A stretch of 34,781 bases of DNA, taken from positions 1 to 34,781 of the forward strand of contig JAUCBJ010002851.1 in assembly GCA_032718475.1 (NCBI GenBank), in the 5' to 3' direction. Origin of the DNA: Nemertoderma westbladi. Its lineage: Eukaryota > Animalia > Xenacoelomorpha. Positions 15,001-25,123 of the stretch are shown in pieces (position 1 is the first letter of the stretch; the number at the start of each line of letters is the position of its first letter). The position numbers and the translations under genes were made by a program. Below the pieces are notes generated by a model. It did no database searches, was not told the DNA's origin, and was given only the letters and a program-made list of their open reading frames with translations.

Positions 15001-17918
15001 CTTACATTCCTGGCTTCTCAACTTTTCCATCTGTCCACTACTTCCACTCCCGACTTCGTAACTTTTCCATCTTTCCACTACTTACATTTCTGGCTTCGTA
15101 ACTTTACCATCTCTCCACTACTTACATTCCTGGCTTCGTAACTTTTCCATTTCCCCACTACTTACATTCCTGGCTTCGTAACTTTTCCATCTCCCCACTA
15201 CTTACATTCCTGGCTTCGTAACTTTTCCATCTCCCCACTACTTACATTCCTGGCTTCGTAACTTTTCCATCTCCCCACTACTTACATTCCTGGCTTCGTA
15301 ACTTTTCCATCTCTCCACTACTTACATTCCTGGCTTCGTAACTTTTCCATTTCCCCACTACTTACATTCCTGGCTTCGCAACTTTTCCATCTCCCCACTA
15401 CTTACATTCCTGGCTTCGTAACTTTTCCATCTCCCCACTACTTACATTCCTGGCTTCGTAACTTTTCCATCTCCCCACTACTTACATTCCTGGCTTCGTA
15501 ACTTTTCCATCTCTCCACTACTTACATTCCTGGCTTCGTAACTTTTCCATTTCCCCACTACTTACATTCCTGGCTTCGCAACTTTTCCATCTCTCCACTA
15601 CTTACATTCCTGGCTTCGTAACTTTTCCATCTGTCCACTACTTACATTCCTGGCTTCGTAACTTTTCCATCTCTCCACTACTTACATTCCTGGCTTCGTA
15701 ACTTTTCCATCTCTCCACTACTTACATTCCTGGCTTAGTAACTTTTCCATTTCCCCACTACTTACATTCCTGGTTTCGTAACTTTTCCATCTCCCCACTA
15801 CTTACATTCCTGGCTTCGTAACTTTTCCATCTCTCCACTACTTACATTCCTGGCTTAGTAACTTTTCCATTTCCCCACTACTTACATTCCTGGCTTCGCA
15901 ACTTTTCCATCTCCCCACTACTTACATTCCTGGCTTCGTAACTTTTCCATCTCCCCACTACTTACATTCCTGGCTTCGTAACTTTTCCATCTCCCCACTA
16001 CTTACATTCCTGGCTTCGTAACTTTTCCATCTCTCCACTACTTACATTCCTGGCTTCGTAACTTTTCCATTTCCCCACTACTTACATTCCTGGCTTCGTA
16101 ACTTTTCCATCTCCCCACTACTTACATTCCTGGCTTCGCAACTTTTCCATCTCCCCACTACTTACATTCCTGGCTTCGTAACTTTTCCATCTCCCCACTA
16201 CTTACATTCCTGGCTTCGTAACTTTTCCATCTCTCCACTACTTACATTCCTGGCTTCGTAACTTTTCCATTTCCCCACTACTTACATTCCTGGCTTCGCA
16301 ACTTTTCCATCTCCCCACTACTTACATTCCTGGCTTCGTAACTTTTCCATCTGTCCACTACTTACATTCCTGGCTTCGTAACTTTTCCATTTCCCCACTA
16401 CTTACATTCCTGGCTTCTCAACTTTTCCATCTGTCCACTACTTACATTCCTGGCTTCGTAACTTTTCCATCTCTCCACTACTTACATTCCCGGCTTCGTA
16501 ACTTTTCCATCTCTCCACTACTTACATTCCCGGCTTCGTAACTTGTCCATCTCCCCACTACTTACATTCCTGGCTTCGTAACTTTTCCATCTGTCCACTA
16601 CTTACATTCCTGGCTTCGTAACTTTTCCATCTCCCCACTACTTACATTCCTGGCTTCGTAACTTTTCCATCTCTCCACTACTTACATTCCTGGCTTCGTA
16701 ACTTTTCCATCTCCCCACTACTTACATTCCTGGCTTCGTAACTTTTCCATCTCCCCACTACTTACATTCCTGGCTTCGTAACTTTTCCATCTCCCCACTA
16801 CTTACATTCCTGGCTTCGTAACTTTTCCATCTCCCCACTACTTACATTCCTGGCTTCGTAACTTTTCCATCTCTCCACTACTTACATTCCTGGCTTCGTA
16901 ACTTTTCCATCTCCCCACTACTTACATTCCTGGCTTCGTAACTTTTCCATCTCTCCACTACTTACATTCCTGGCTTCGTAACTTTTCCATTTCCCCACTA
17001 CTTACATTCCTGGCTTCGCAACTTTTCCATCTCCCCACTACTTACATTCCTGGCTTCGTAACTTTTCCATCTCCCCACTACTTACATTCCTGGCTTCGTA
17101 ACTTTTCCATCTCCCCACTACTTACATTCCTGGCTTTGTAACTTTTCCATCTGTCCACTACTTACATTCCTGGCTTCGTAACTTTTCCATCTCCCCACTA
17201 CTTACATTCCTGGCTTCGTAACTTTTCCATCTGTCCACTACTTACATTCCTGGCTTCGTAACTTTTCCATCTCCCCACTACTTACATTCCTGGCTTCGTA
17301 ACTTTTCCATCTCTCCACTACTTACATTCCTGGCTTCGTAACTTTTCCATCTCCCCACTACTTACATTCCTGGCTTCGTAACTTTTCCATCTCCCCACTA
17401 CTTACATTCCTGGCTTCGTAACTTTTCCATCTCTCCACTACTTACATTCCTGGCTTCGTAACTTTTCCATCTCCCCACTACTTACATTCCTGGCTTCGTA
17501 ACTTTTCCATCTCCCCACTACTTACATTCCTGGCTTCGTAACTTTTCCATCTGTCCACTACTTACATTCCTGGCTTCGTAACTTTTCCATCTCCCCACTA
17601 CTTACATTCCTGGCTTCGTAACTTTTCCATCTCTCCACTACTTACATTCCTGGCTTCGTAACTTTTCCATCTCCCCACTACTTACATTCCTGGCTTCGTA
17701 ACTTTTCCATCTCCCCACTACTTACATTCCTGGCTTCGTAACTTTTCCATCTCTCCACTACTTACATTCCTGGCTTCGTAACTTTTCCATCTCTCCACTA
17801 CTTACATTCCTGGCTTCGTAACTTTTCCATCTCCCCACTACTTACATTCCTGGCTTCGTAACTTTTCCATCTCCCCACTACTTACATTCCTGGCTTCGTA
17901 ACTTTTCCATCTGTCCAC
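1..17918. repeat. 40-bp tandem satellite, ~448 copies, running off the left edge of the window; unit TACTTACATTCCTGGCTTCGTAACTTTTCCATCT(CC/CT/GT)CCAC
   Basis: Exact 40-bp periodicity seen directly. One 38-bp monomer at 8201-8238 shifts the register by 2. The + strand is about 75% pyrimidine. One hypervariable dinucleotide plus scattered SNPs. Confidence 0.99.
17880..17885 (-). promoter_or_regulatory. 5' splice donor GTAAGT of the VPS52 exon, reiterated in most satellite units
   Basis: Minus strand reads ...CAGGAAT|GTAAGT, matching the consensus intronic hexamer. Confidence 0.85.
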
Positions 17919-18063
17919 TTTCTACCATCAACTCGGCCTCTTTTACGAATGTTATTAAACCCCCGAAACAAGGAGCAATCACCTCATCTACGTACTCTTG
18001 ACTTCTCGCCGATAAAAGTTGTTTAAATGTTTCTGACTCTTTGCTCTCATCTGCTGTCCGTTC
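17886..18063 (-). CDS. VPS52: Internal coding exon (178 bp, phase 0 in, phase 1 out) of vacuolar protein sorting 52, a GARP/EARP subunit
   Basis: Manual minus-strand translation ERTADESKESETFKQLLSARSQEYVDEVIAPCFGGLITFVKEAELMVESGQMEKLRSQE aligns without gaps to remembered human VPS52 ERAADDSKEVESFQQLLNARTQEFIEELLSPPFGGLVAFVKEAEALIERGQAERLRGEE. It is bounded by acceptor ...cattttctgatttcAG and donor GTAAGT. Confidence 0.9.
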
Positions 18064-18087
18064 CTGAAATCAGAAAATGTTGTCAAC
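18064..18087 (-). promoter_or_regulatory. 3' splice acceptor with pyrimidine tract and candidate branch point
   Basis: Minus strand GTTGACAACATTTTCTGATTTCAG|GAA lies exactly where VPS52 similarity begins. Confidence 0.8.
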
Positions 18088-18829
18088 TTCTGTAAATCTT
18101 GTAAAGTTTACATCATTAGAAATAAATTGTTATTTAATTGGACATTTTGTGGCAATTAACACTTGTTTTGGAATAACCGTAAATTTGTCGATTTCAGTTT
18201 TGTGAGATAGTGTAAGTTTGTGAGGCAACAATATAAAGGGCATGGTATTTTGAACCTAAACGCACACAGCTGTATAAATGAAGGATTACTGTATATTTTT
18301 CATATATTTTATATTTAAACAACTCTTGATTTACGAATTCAATACATACATATACCGTAGCAAAAAGAGCCTTTCCGATGTGTTTTTTGCCTTTTCTGAG
18401 ATTATAGTCAGGTTTCTGCCAAGTTATATACATTATTTATCAGTAACATAAACATAATATAATGTTTTTGTTATTATTATTATTATATTGATATTGGTTT
18501 GGTTTATATGTATCTTGCTGAGATCAAAGGCCAACAGATCATAATTATTATCATCTAAAACCATTAGTTAGAAAACCAACAGCAAACAAGTATAATAGTG
18601 TGAACCATTAAATCAGATTAATTATACTGAGCAATTCAATGTGAACAACTAATTAAACGAATTTAGGTTAATTAATATCGATATTCCTCGTTTTACCTCT
18701 AGTGAGATTAGTGATATTCTTAATTACGTAGCTACGTGCTAATTCCATTCAATATATATTTTTATCTTTATTTTCTTATACATACATCCATATATGCGCT
18801 GTGCATAGCCTTTAATTACGTTGTACCGT

Positions 18830-21543
18830 GTCCGTATGGCAAAAAACGTGCTCGTGGGGAAGGAGGGACTGCAATCTTTATCAGGGATAATATATCTCAA
18901 AATTGTGCACCACTTACCTGCAACTCAGACCGTATATCTGGGGCAATTGTCCGAAATCTCACCATGAATGATTTTGCCATAATAAACATATACATGCCTG
19001 CCGATTGCAAAAGAACAGAAGATAAAGAACTATATCTTATGGAAACTGGCAACTTATCAGCACTATTAGAAGAATGTATAAGCATTAATATACCTACAAT
19101 TGTTCTTGGTGACATAAATGGCACTCTAAGCTTTAACAGTGAGATGCATCCAAGAGGCGAAGATAAACCTTCAGATTTCGGGAAAATATTTGAAAATAAC
19201 ATTATGAGGAAATACGACCTCACAGCAGCTGATCTTAGTCACTGCGGCCATGGAGCAAAACATACGTATAGCTTTAAAGACAAGGAAGGAGACATAATAC
19301 GGACAAGTTATATAGATCATATCAATATTCCGAATACCTGGGCAGGCAAGATAATGCACACAAAGGTCCTGAGGGAAGATAAGCACAACATGTCTGATCA
19401 CAGACCAGTGATGGCTAACCTATTACTTGAGAGGCTCATTGAGAAAAGTGAAGCGTTACCAAATCGAAAAAAAGCTAAGGAGATCAGATATCATTTTCGA
19501 AGTGCGACTGAAACCCAAATCCTGCACTACAAAAGGAACAAATAGGAGCCGAACTTACTCTCATCAGTAATGGAAATCAGTCAGTGGATGAGAAGACAGA
19601 TTCGCTTATAACTATAATCACTGAGGCAGCAACTCAAAATATTCCACATTCTTATGTAAAATACAAAAAACATGTGAAACACACAATAAACACAACAAAG
19701 TTCTTGAAAAGATCATACGGAGATCATATAAGATCATTAGTTGACACAAACAAAAGGAACACAAAACAATTCTGGCGGAAAGTAAAACCAAAGGACCACA
19801 AACAAATTTACACCAAAAACCAGCTCTCACGAATTTACAGACAAACAGTACAGCACTTCAAAACAGGAAGAGATGACACTGACAATGATGCCAATCCTAT
19901 CACAGAAACAGGTACACCAGCGCAACCGCAAGATGTCACCCCAGAACAGATTGAAGCATATATAAACAAGCTTAATAGAGGAAAAGCCAGCGATATTTTC
20001 AATCTGAATGCAGAAACACTGTTACACGCTTCTTCAAGACCTTTGCATGATTTCATCGCAAATTTATTCAACAAAATAAACAGAGATGGTATCTGCCCAA
20101 TCGCGTTTACTACAAGCATCACCACTCCTGTTCCAAAACCTCAAAAACGCAAGACAATTGTTCCACAACCGATTTCAGTACGTAATATAAGCGTCATAGT
20201 GACAATCGCAAAGCTGTGGGAAATCTCACTACTAAGCGAACTTTCTGCACTGCAAGCCCATGATCTGCAATTCGGGTACAGACCAAAAATTGGGTCAGAA
20301 ATGGCACATCAATCTGTAACCAGCATCATCAACAAATTCACAAACAGCAATTCGCAGATGTACATTTTAAGCCTCGACTTATCCTCTGCATTCGACACTG
20401 TATCATACCCAAAACTATTCAGGAAAATACGATCTGCCGGGGCCTGTACTAGTCATTGATGCACTTGAAATGTACTACAACAACTCGAATGCCTACCTAA
20501 AAAGTTGCGGTTATCTCTTTACCGACAATTTTAGTTTACAACAGGGGGACCGGCAAGGTGGCGTCCTATCTCCGCTCCTCTTCAACTTTTACCTATATGA
20601 TTTAATTAGGGACATTAGCTCTTCGGAACTTGGATCACATATAGGTACAGAATCATATAGCATAATAAGCTATGCTGATGACATTATCCTGTTGGCGAAC
20701 ATTAAACCAGACCTGACCGCAATGCTGGAAAAGGCATCGAAATACTTTGAGGACCACAACCTGCTACTGAATACAAAGAAATGCCATTTCTTGTCTATAG
20801 AAACAAATGGAAAATCGAACACACATGATTATCTGGAATCAGAAGTTTTGACTCTACGTTCAGAAGCATCCTGCATGTATATGGGGCTGCCACTGCCAGC
20901 AGAACCCCATAAGATGGAGAACATTGCTAAAGCAAAAGTATGGCAGAATGTCTCTCAACTAAATCACCGCGGTCTAGCAGTAGATGAAGCATCACTAGAC
21001 ATAACAAGTCTGATATGGCGAGCCGTCTGCCTACCGAGCATATCATATGGCGCTGCCACATTATCTACTGAAACGATTTCTAATGTCAGCAAAACCTGCA
21101 GAAAGGCAATGAGGTCAATAGCTCGACAAGATAATCGTCTTCCAACTAAAGTACTTTATGGACTTTTCGAAGTCGACACCGAACTATATCTAAGGGCGAA
21201 ACAACTGAGATTGATCAACCAATTATTCAACTCCGGCAACAGGAAGATAACCTACCTATTCACAAATATTTTATGTGAACATTGTAGCGGCCGTAGTAGT
21301 GCACTTTTCAAATCGTATGTCGAAGGAGCATGGATCTACGACTTTCCAAGTCTATGCTCTTTAGCCATCCACGAGTACTCAATAAGGCAGTGCGTAAAAA
21401 TGGCTGAGAAGTCCTCATGCCAAAATATGACACCAGGGGAAAACTTCACTCTAGCCTATTGCAACGCCCTTCTTAACAAGGTTGACCAACATGCCCGTAC
21501 CCGTATTGAATTAGTTCAAAACTATCTTGATCCTTCAAGATAA
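18830..21543 (+). pseudogene. Endonuclease/reverse transcriptase ORF broken into three pieces (18736-19545, 19584-20459, 20470-21543)
   Basis: The frame changes near 19531-19545 and near 20450-20460, and the pieces are collinear in APE-linker-RT order. The N-terminal APE motifs are missing. Confidence 0.9.
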
Positions 21544-21711
21544 ATCATTAACATACTGTATCTTATGTATATAAATATCATAATCATGATGACTGTATGT
21601 ACTTATCGTTTGCCATATATATTTTATCAAATTTGTCAAATAAAGCCGCCGGGGCCTAAAACCGGATGTTGAATGGCACGCGTACGAAATTGAATTAAAT
21701 AAATAAATAAA
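18830..21711 (+). mobile_element. 5'-truncated, degenerate non-LTR retrotransposon (APE + RT; clade uncertain, RTE-X/L2-like)
   Basis: APE motifs GGTAI, NIYMP, LGDING, SYIDHI, SDH. RT motifs QFGY, LDLSSAFD, QGGVLSPLLF, YADD. Short 3' UTR with a GC-rich stem-loop (~21645-21677) and a (TAAA)4 tail at 21696-21711. The 5' boundary is approximate. Confidence 0.92.
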
Positions 21712-21890
21712 CGGAAATCCGATTATTATACTGTTGGAAAATCAAAATAATTGATTTGTGATACGATTTTAATATTCTTTAATGGTTTAATTGTAAACAC
21801 GAGAAAAGGAACAGCGAAGAAGTATTTTAGTGATTTCGGTATAGAACCTAAAAACTACCGCAAACAGAAACAATATCAATAAAATATTAA

Positions 21891-23279
21891 ATGGATCAGA
21901 AAATGGTAACAGCTTACAGCAACGTCCTATTTGGTAGTGAAGACATGTTAGGGACAGGGTCGTATGTTAACTACTTCTGTTTGTTAGTTATTCTTTGCAT
22001 TTCGACATGGTGGATATGGAACAGGCGAATGAGGAAACAAGACCCCCAAATTCAGAGAGCAATACCTGCAGATGAGAAGAACCAAAGTTCCCCACCCAAC
22101 AGTATTAGTTCCCCACCCCACAGTAATAGTTCCCCACCCCACAGTAATAGTTCCACATCCCACAGTAATAGTTTCTGTGAAATTTTCGAGTCAGTTGTTT
22201 CCTTGACGACACAAGTGAAACAATCCCTGACGAAATTAGAATGTCGTAGGGTAGAACTGCTTAACTTCAAGGTTGGTAAACTAAAGGAATGCGAAGAGGC
22301 ACTAGAGACCGCGTTAGAGAGTAGCAATATTACAACGATCGTAGAAGGGTCAAAGGGAACATCTCAACTCAATGAGTCGCTATTAGGTAAGGGCCGTAAG
22401 GTGAAGGGGTTAGGAGGAATTACATCGATAGAATGCATATTCCAACAGTTGCCCCGGTTACACGAAGACAATAAAGAGATTCTTTTTGAAACTGAACGAT
22501 TACTAAGGGAGGAAAGAGAGAGTGATGACTGTATGAGGAGTTTATTTGGCGCCATGTGGACTCCCGTTCCATCGGAAATAATAACTGAAGGTTTCATAGC
22601 AGAGAGCAAAAAGTACCAGCGGCTCCTTGAAAATGCCAGAAATGCTGACGCTAAAGTAGCAGCTAAGTACGTGTGCACTCGAGATGCCATAGCGATTCTC
22701 AGTAAACCTGATGACAAACTCCTTGAATGCTTATCACCTAGTGACTGGATGTCTGAGTTGCGTCAACTAATGGCCAGTATTGAAAAGTTGAAACGCTTCA
22801 TGAAAAGTTTAGAGAATGAAATACAGGTGGAGTTACAGAATTCCCCCATTACACCAGTGTTCACTGCTGGTCTTTCTGGAGTAGATGACACCATATCCGA
22901 AGTCGCAACAGACAACAATGCTGTTGTGGATTCTCTTAAAGCTGTTTACAACCGTCTGCAGAAAAAGTTTGTGTATTCTGTTAGGAAACATGAGATTCTC
23001 ATAGAGAAACTACATTGTGCAAATCAGTTGTTAGTTAATGAAAACCCAAGCTGGAGGACCCAAGGCTGGAGGGCTTACACACGTGAGGAGATGATAAAGA
23101 AATTGGATGTCGCCTTCAATGTATATATGGAGTTGATCTGTAATCTAAAAGAAGGGAGGAAGTTCTACAATGACGTCAACCAACTGCTGCTAAAATACAG
23201 ATGTAATGTTACGGATTTCTGTTTGGTGAGAAAACTCATTAAAGATGAGTTGAAGAGGGAAATAAATCAGAACAAGTGA
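21891..23279 (+). CDS. Intronless ALIX/PDCD6IP-like V-domain protein with an N-terminal transmembrane segment; no Bro1 domain and no Pro-rich tail
   Basis: Uninterrupted 462-aa ORF. Residues ~96-462 match the remembered ALIX V-domain (FCEIFESVV~FTDLFEKMV; LPRLHEDNKEILFETERLL~LPELLQRNREILDESLRLL; NLKEGRKFYNDV~NLKEGTKFYNEL). Hydrophobic YFCLLVILCISTWWIW is followed by basic RRMRK. Confidence 0.88.
   Translation: MDQKMVTAYSNVLFGSEDMLGTGSYVNYFCLLVILCISTWWIWNRRMRKQDPQIQRAIPADEKNQSSPPNSISSPPHSNSSPPHSNSSTSHSNSFCEIFESVVSLTTQVKQSLTKLECRRVELLNFKVGKLKECEEALETALESSNITTIVEGSKGTSQLNESLLGKGRKVKGLGGITSIECIFQQLPRLHEDNKEILFETERLLREERESDDCMRSLFGAMWTPVPSEIITEGFIAESKKYQRLLENARNADAKVAAKYVCTRDAIAILSKPDDKLLECLSPSDWMSELRQLMASIEKLKRFMKSLENEIQVELQNSPITPVFTAGLSGVDDTISEVATDNNAVVDSLKAVYNRLQKKFVYSVRKHEILIEKLHCANQLLVNENPSWRTQGWRAYTREEMIKKLDVAFNVYMELICNLKEGRKFYNDVNQLLLKYRCNVTDFCLVRKLIKDELKREINQNK
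22086..22173 (+). repeat. In-frame 21-bp coding repeat, ~4 copies (SSPPHSN linker)
   Basis: AGTTCCCCACCCCACAGTAAT units start at 22086, 22107, 22128 and 22149. Confidence 0.95.
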
Positions 23280-24132
23280 AAATTGATTTATATGTTAATT
23301 ATTAAATAATGATTTATATTTGAAGATTTAAGAAAAAAACTACATCGGCTCCAAAGACCCCACAAATCGCTGAAATAGCTAGTAATATCATACTGTAAAC
23401 ATGTAAATAAAGTGAAAAGGTGAAAACATAAATAAATATAAATAAATCTAAATGTTTTTAATTCAATAATAATTATATTGATTAAAATAAAGTATTGATA
23501 TTTGGCACACATGTATACAATGGGGGAATTATAATTTTCCAAAAATTGTTTCGAAAAATATATTTTTAGATTTAAGATTATAAATTGATGCAATTACTTT
23601 TATTTAAATGTAAAGGTTCCTATATAGATGGACGTTCTGTTCCTTTTTTGCGTAACCGGTTTATGAAACGAATGTATGACCAGAATTTTGATAAATGCTC
23701 ATTCTCAAAAGTTATTTAAAAAAACATACTTTTGGCGAAATATTTGACACATTGCCTTTTGTTTTACATAAATTTGACACTTTTTGTTATATTTCAACTA
23801 GCACAAATAAAAATATAAATAAGTGCAATAATAATACATTAAATATTCAAAAATGGGTAATACACATATAAACCACTGTACAATATGATAACATGAGTAT
23901 TTTACTTTATATGACTGCTACTTTACTCTATGGGATTTTGGGCTACTCTACCTAATTTTGATGCCGTTTGTCCGTTCAGTGTCTGAATGCCAGTCGTGTC
24001 CAGAGCGGGTCCGCTACTACCAAAGCTTTCCGAGTCCGTTCAGGCTCGTAGTTACGCCGGCGACAGAGACGCTAGAGACCGTCGTACACACAGTCCCGAT
24101 AGACAACAGGCACTTAATCAGAGTAAGATGAA

Positions 24133-25100
24133 CGAACATTCATTGATAACTATTGAACTACATTAGCTACTAATAAATTTACATAGCCCACCGTATAACA
24201 ATCAAACTAACCAACCCCCCACTCCCTAGGGTCCCCCTACAGTAGGAAAGAAACCTGTATATTTAATCATACCGTATCTTGGAACGATGTCAACACAAAT
24301 TCAACAGCGTCTTAAAATACTTTCTAGAACATTTCCACAAGTAGAACTCAAATTAATATTTAGACCCACATCTCGACTGGCTAATTACTTTCCCTTCAAG
24401 GACAGATTTCCCAAAGCGATGAGATCTCTTACTTTATATCACTTTAAGTGCACCAGCTGTAATGCTGACTACATCGGTAAATCCGAGCGCCACTTTAAAG
24501 TAAGAATCTCTGAGCACCTTGCGAAGTCTCCCCGAACAGGAAAGCCAACAGCCACTCCTAGACACTCCTCCATACATGAACATGCACTTGAGTACGACCA
24601 CCGATTCGAATACCAAGACTTTAATATTATAGGTACAGCCACTAACAACTACTGTACGATCTACTAATTAAAGAAAGTCTAATTATACAGAAACGAAGAC
24701 CATCACTTAACATACAAGACACTTCATTCCCGCTATATCTATTTTAATTATGATAACTATTACATACAGTGCAATTCTAATGTATCTACTGTAATGAACA
24801 CACTACCTAGTTAGTTTACTGCCTTTAGTCTTTGATTGCTACCGGTACTGTAATTTTTTCTATAATTTCTCTGTAATTCTGCATTTACTTCATTATACTT
24901 AGCAAAAATATTCTAATTTACATTTATCGTAATTATCCACCCTATCACATTTTGAATTTTGTTTACTCTTATCTTTTACATTAATTTTAGGTTTTTTCAT
25001 ATAATTATAGTTATTTTGTACCTACAGTATTATGGCTGATGATGTATAACGTAATATACGAAACGTTCCGGATTTAAACAATAATTATGTTCTTTCAAAT
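24133..25100 (+). mobile_element. 3' fragment of a Penelope-like retroelement (GIY-YIG endonuclease plus 3' region)
   Basis: KKPVYLIIPYLG...FKDRFPKAMRSLTLYHFKCTSCNADYIGKSERHFKVRISEH...HSSIHEH. After a frameshift it continues DLLIKESLIIQKRRPSLNIQDTSFPLYLF* (stop 24745-24747). A hammerhead motif lies downstream. Boundaries are approximate. Confidence 0.85.
25031..25072 (+). ncRNA. Minimal type I hammerhead ribozyme of the Penelope-like element
   Basis: CTGATGA (25036-25042), stem II GTATA/TATAC (25044-25048/25055-25059), GAAA (25060-25063), palindromic AACGTT helix III, and a weak stem I TGG/CCG. Confidence 0.72.
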
Positions 25101-25123
25101 CGCACTACTTATCTTATTTTGTC

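Noticed and set aside
1-17918. CRISPR array, telomeric repeat, CENP-B-box satellite or repetitive protein gene
   Set aside because: There are no unique spacers. The unit is not telomere-like. TTCG is present but the rest of the CENP-B box is not. Stop codons recur in all frames on both strands, and the exon-junction origin explains the unit.
18500-18570. Minus-strand NNYDLL as the preceding VPS52 exon (FLINNYDMM)
   Set aside because: Flanking residues do not match and the frame runs into low-complexity sequence with no donor.
18610-18629. AAATCAGATTAATTATACTG versus AAATCCGATTATTATACTG (~21715-21733) as the LINE target-site duplication
   Set aside because: The match is imperfect and AT-rich, and lies ~200 bp from the start of APE similarity with no LINE-like sequence between. 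It cannot be supported without an empty allele.
18736-18830. Hydrophobic N-terminus of the APE ORF as a signal or TM segment
   Set aside because: The ORF starts at GTG in AT-rich flank and is probably read-in from non-coding DNA upstream of the truncation point.
19531-20470. Programmed frameshifting in the LINE ORF
   Set aside because: Two independent breaks, one inside the RT domain, plus 5' truncation indicate decay.
23959-24200. Solo LTR (TG...CA with AATAAA)
   Set aside because: No matching terminal inverted repeat or TSD, and the 3' part reads as decayed Penelope coding sequence (RTFIDN...LHSP).
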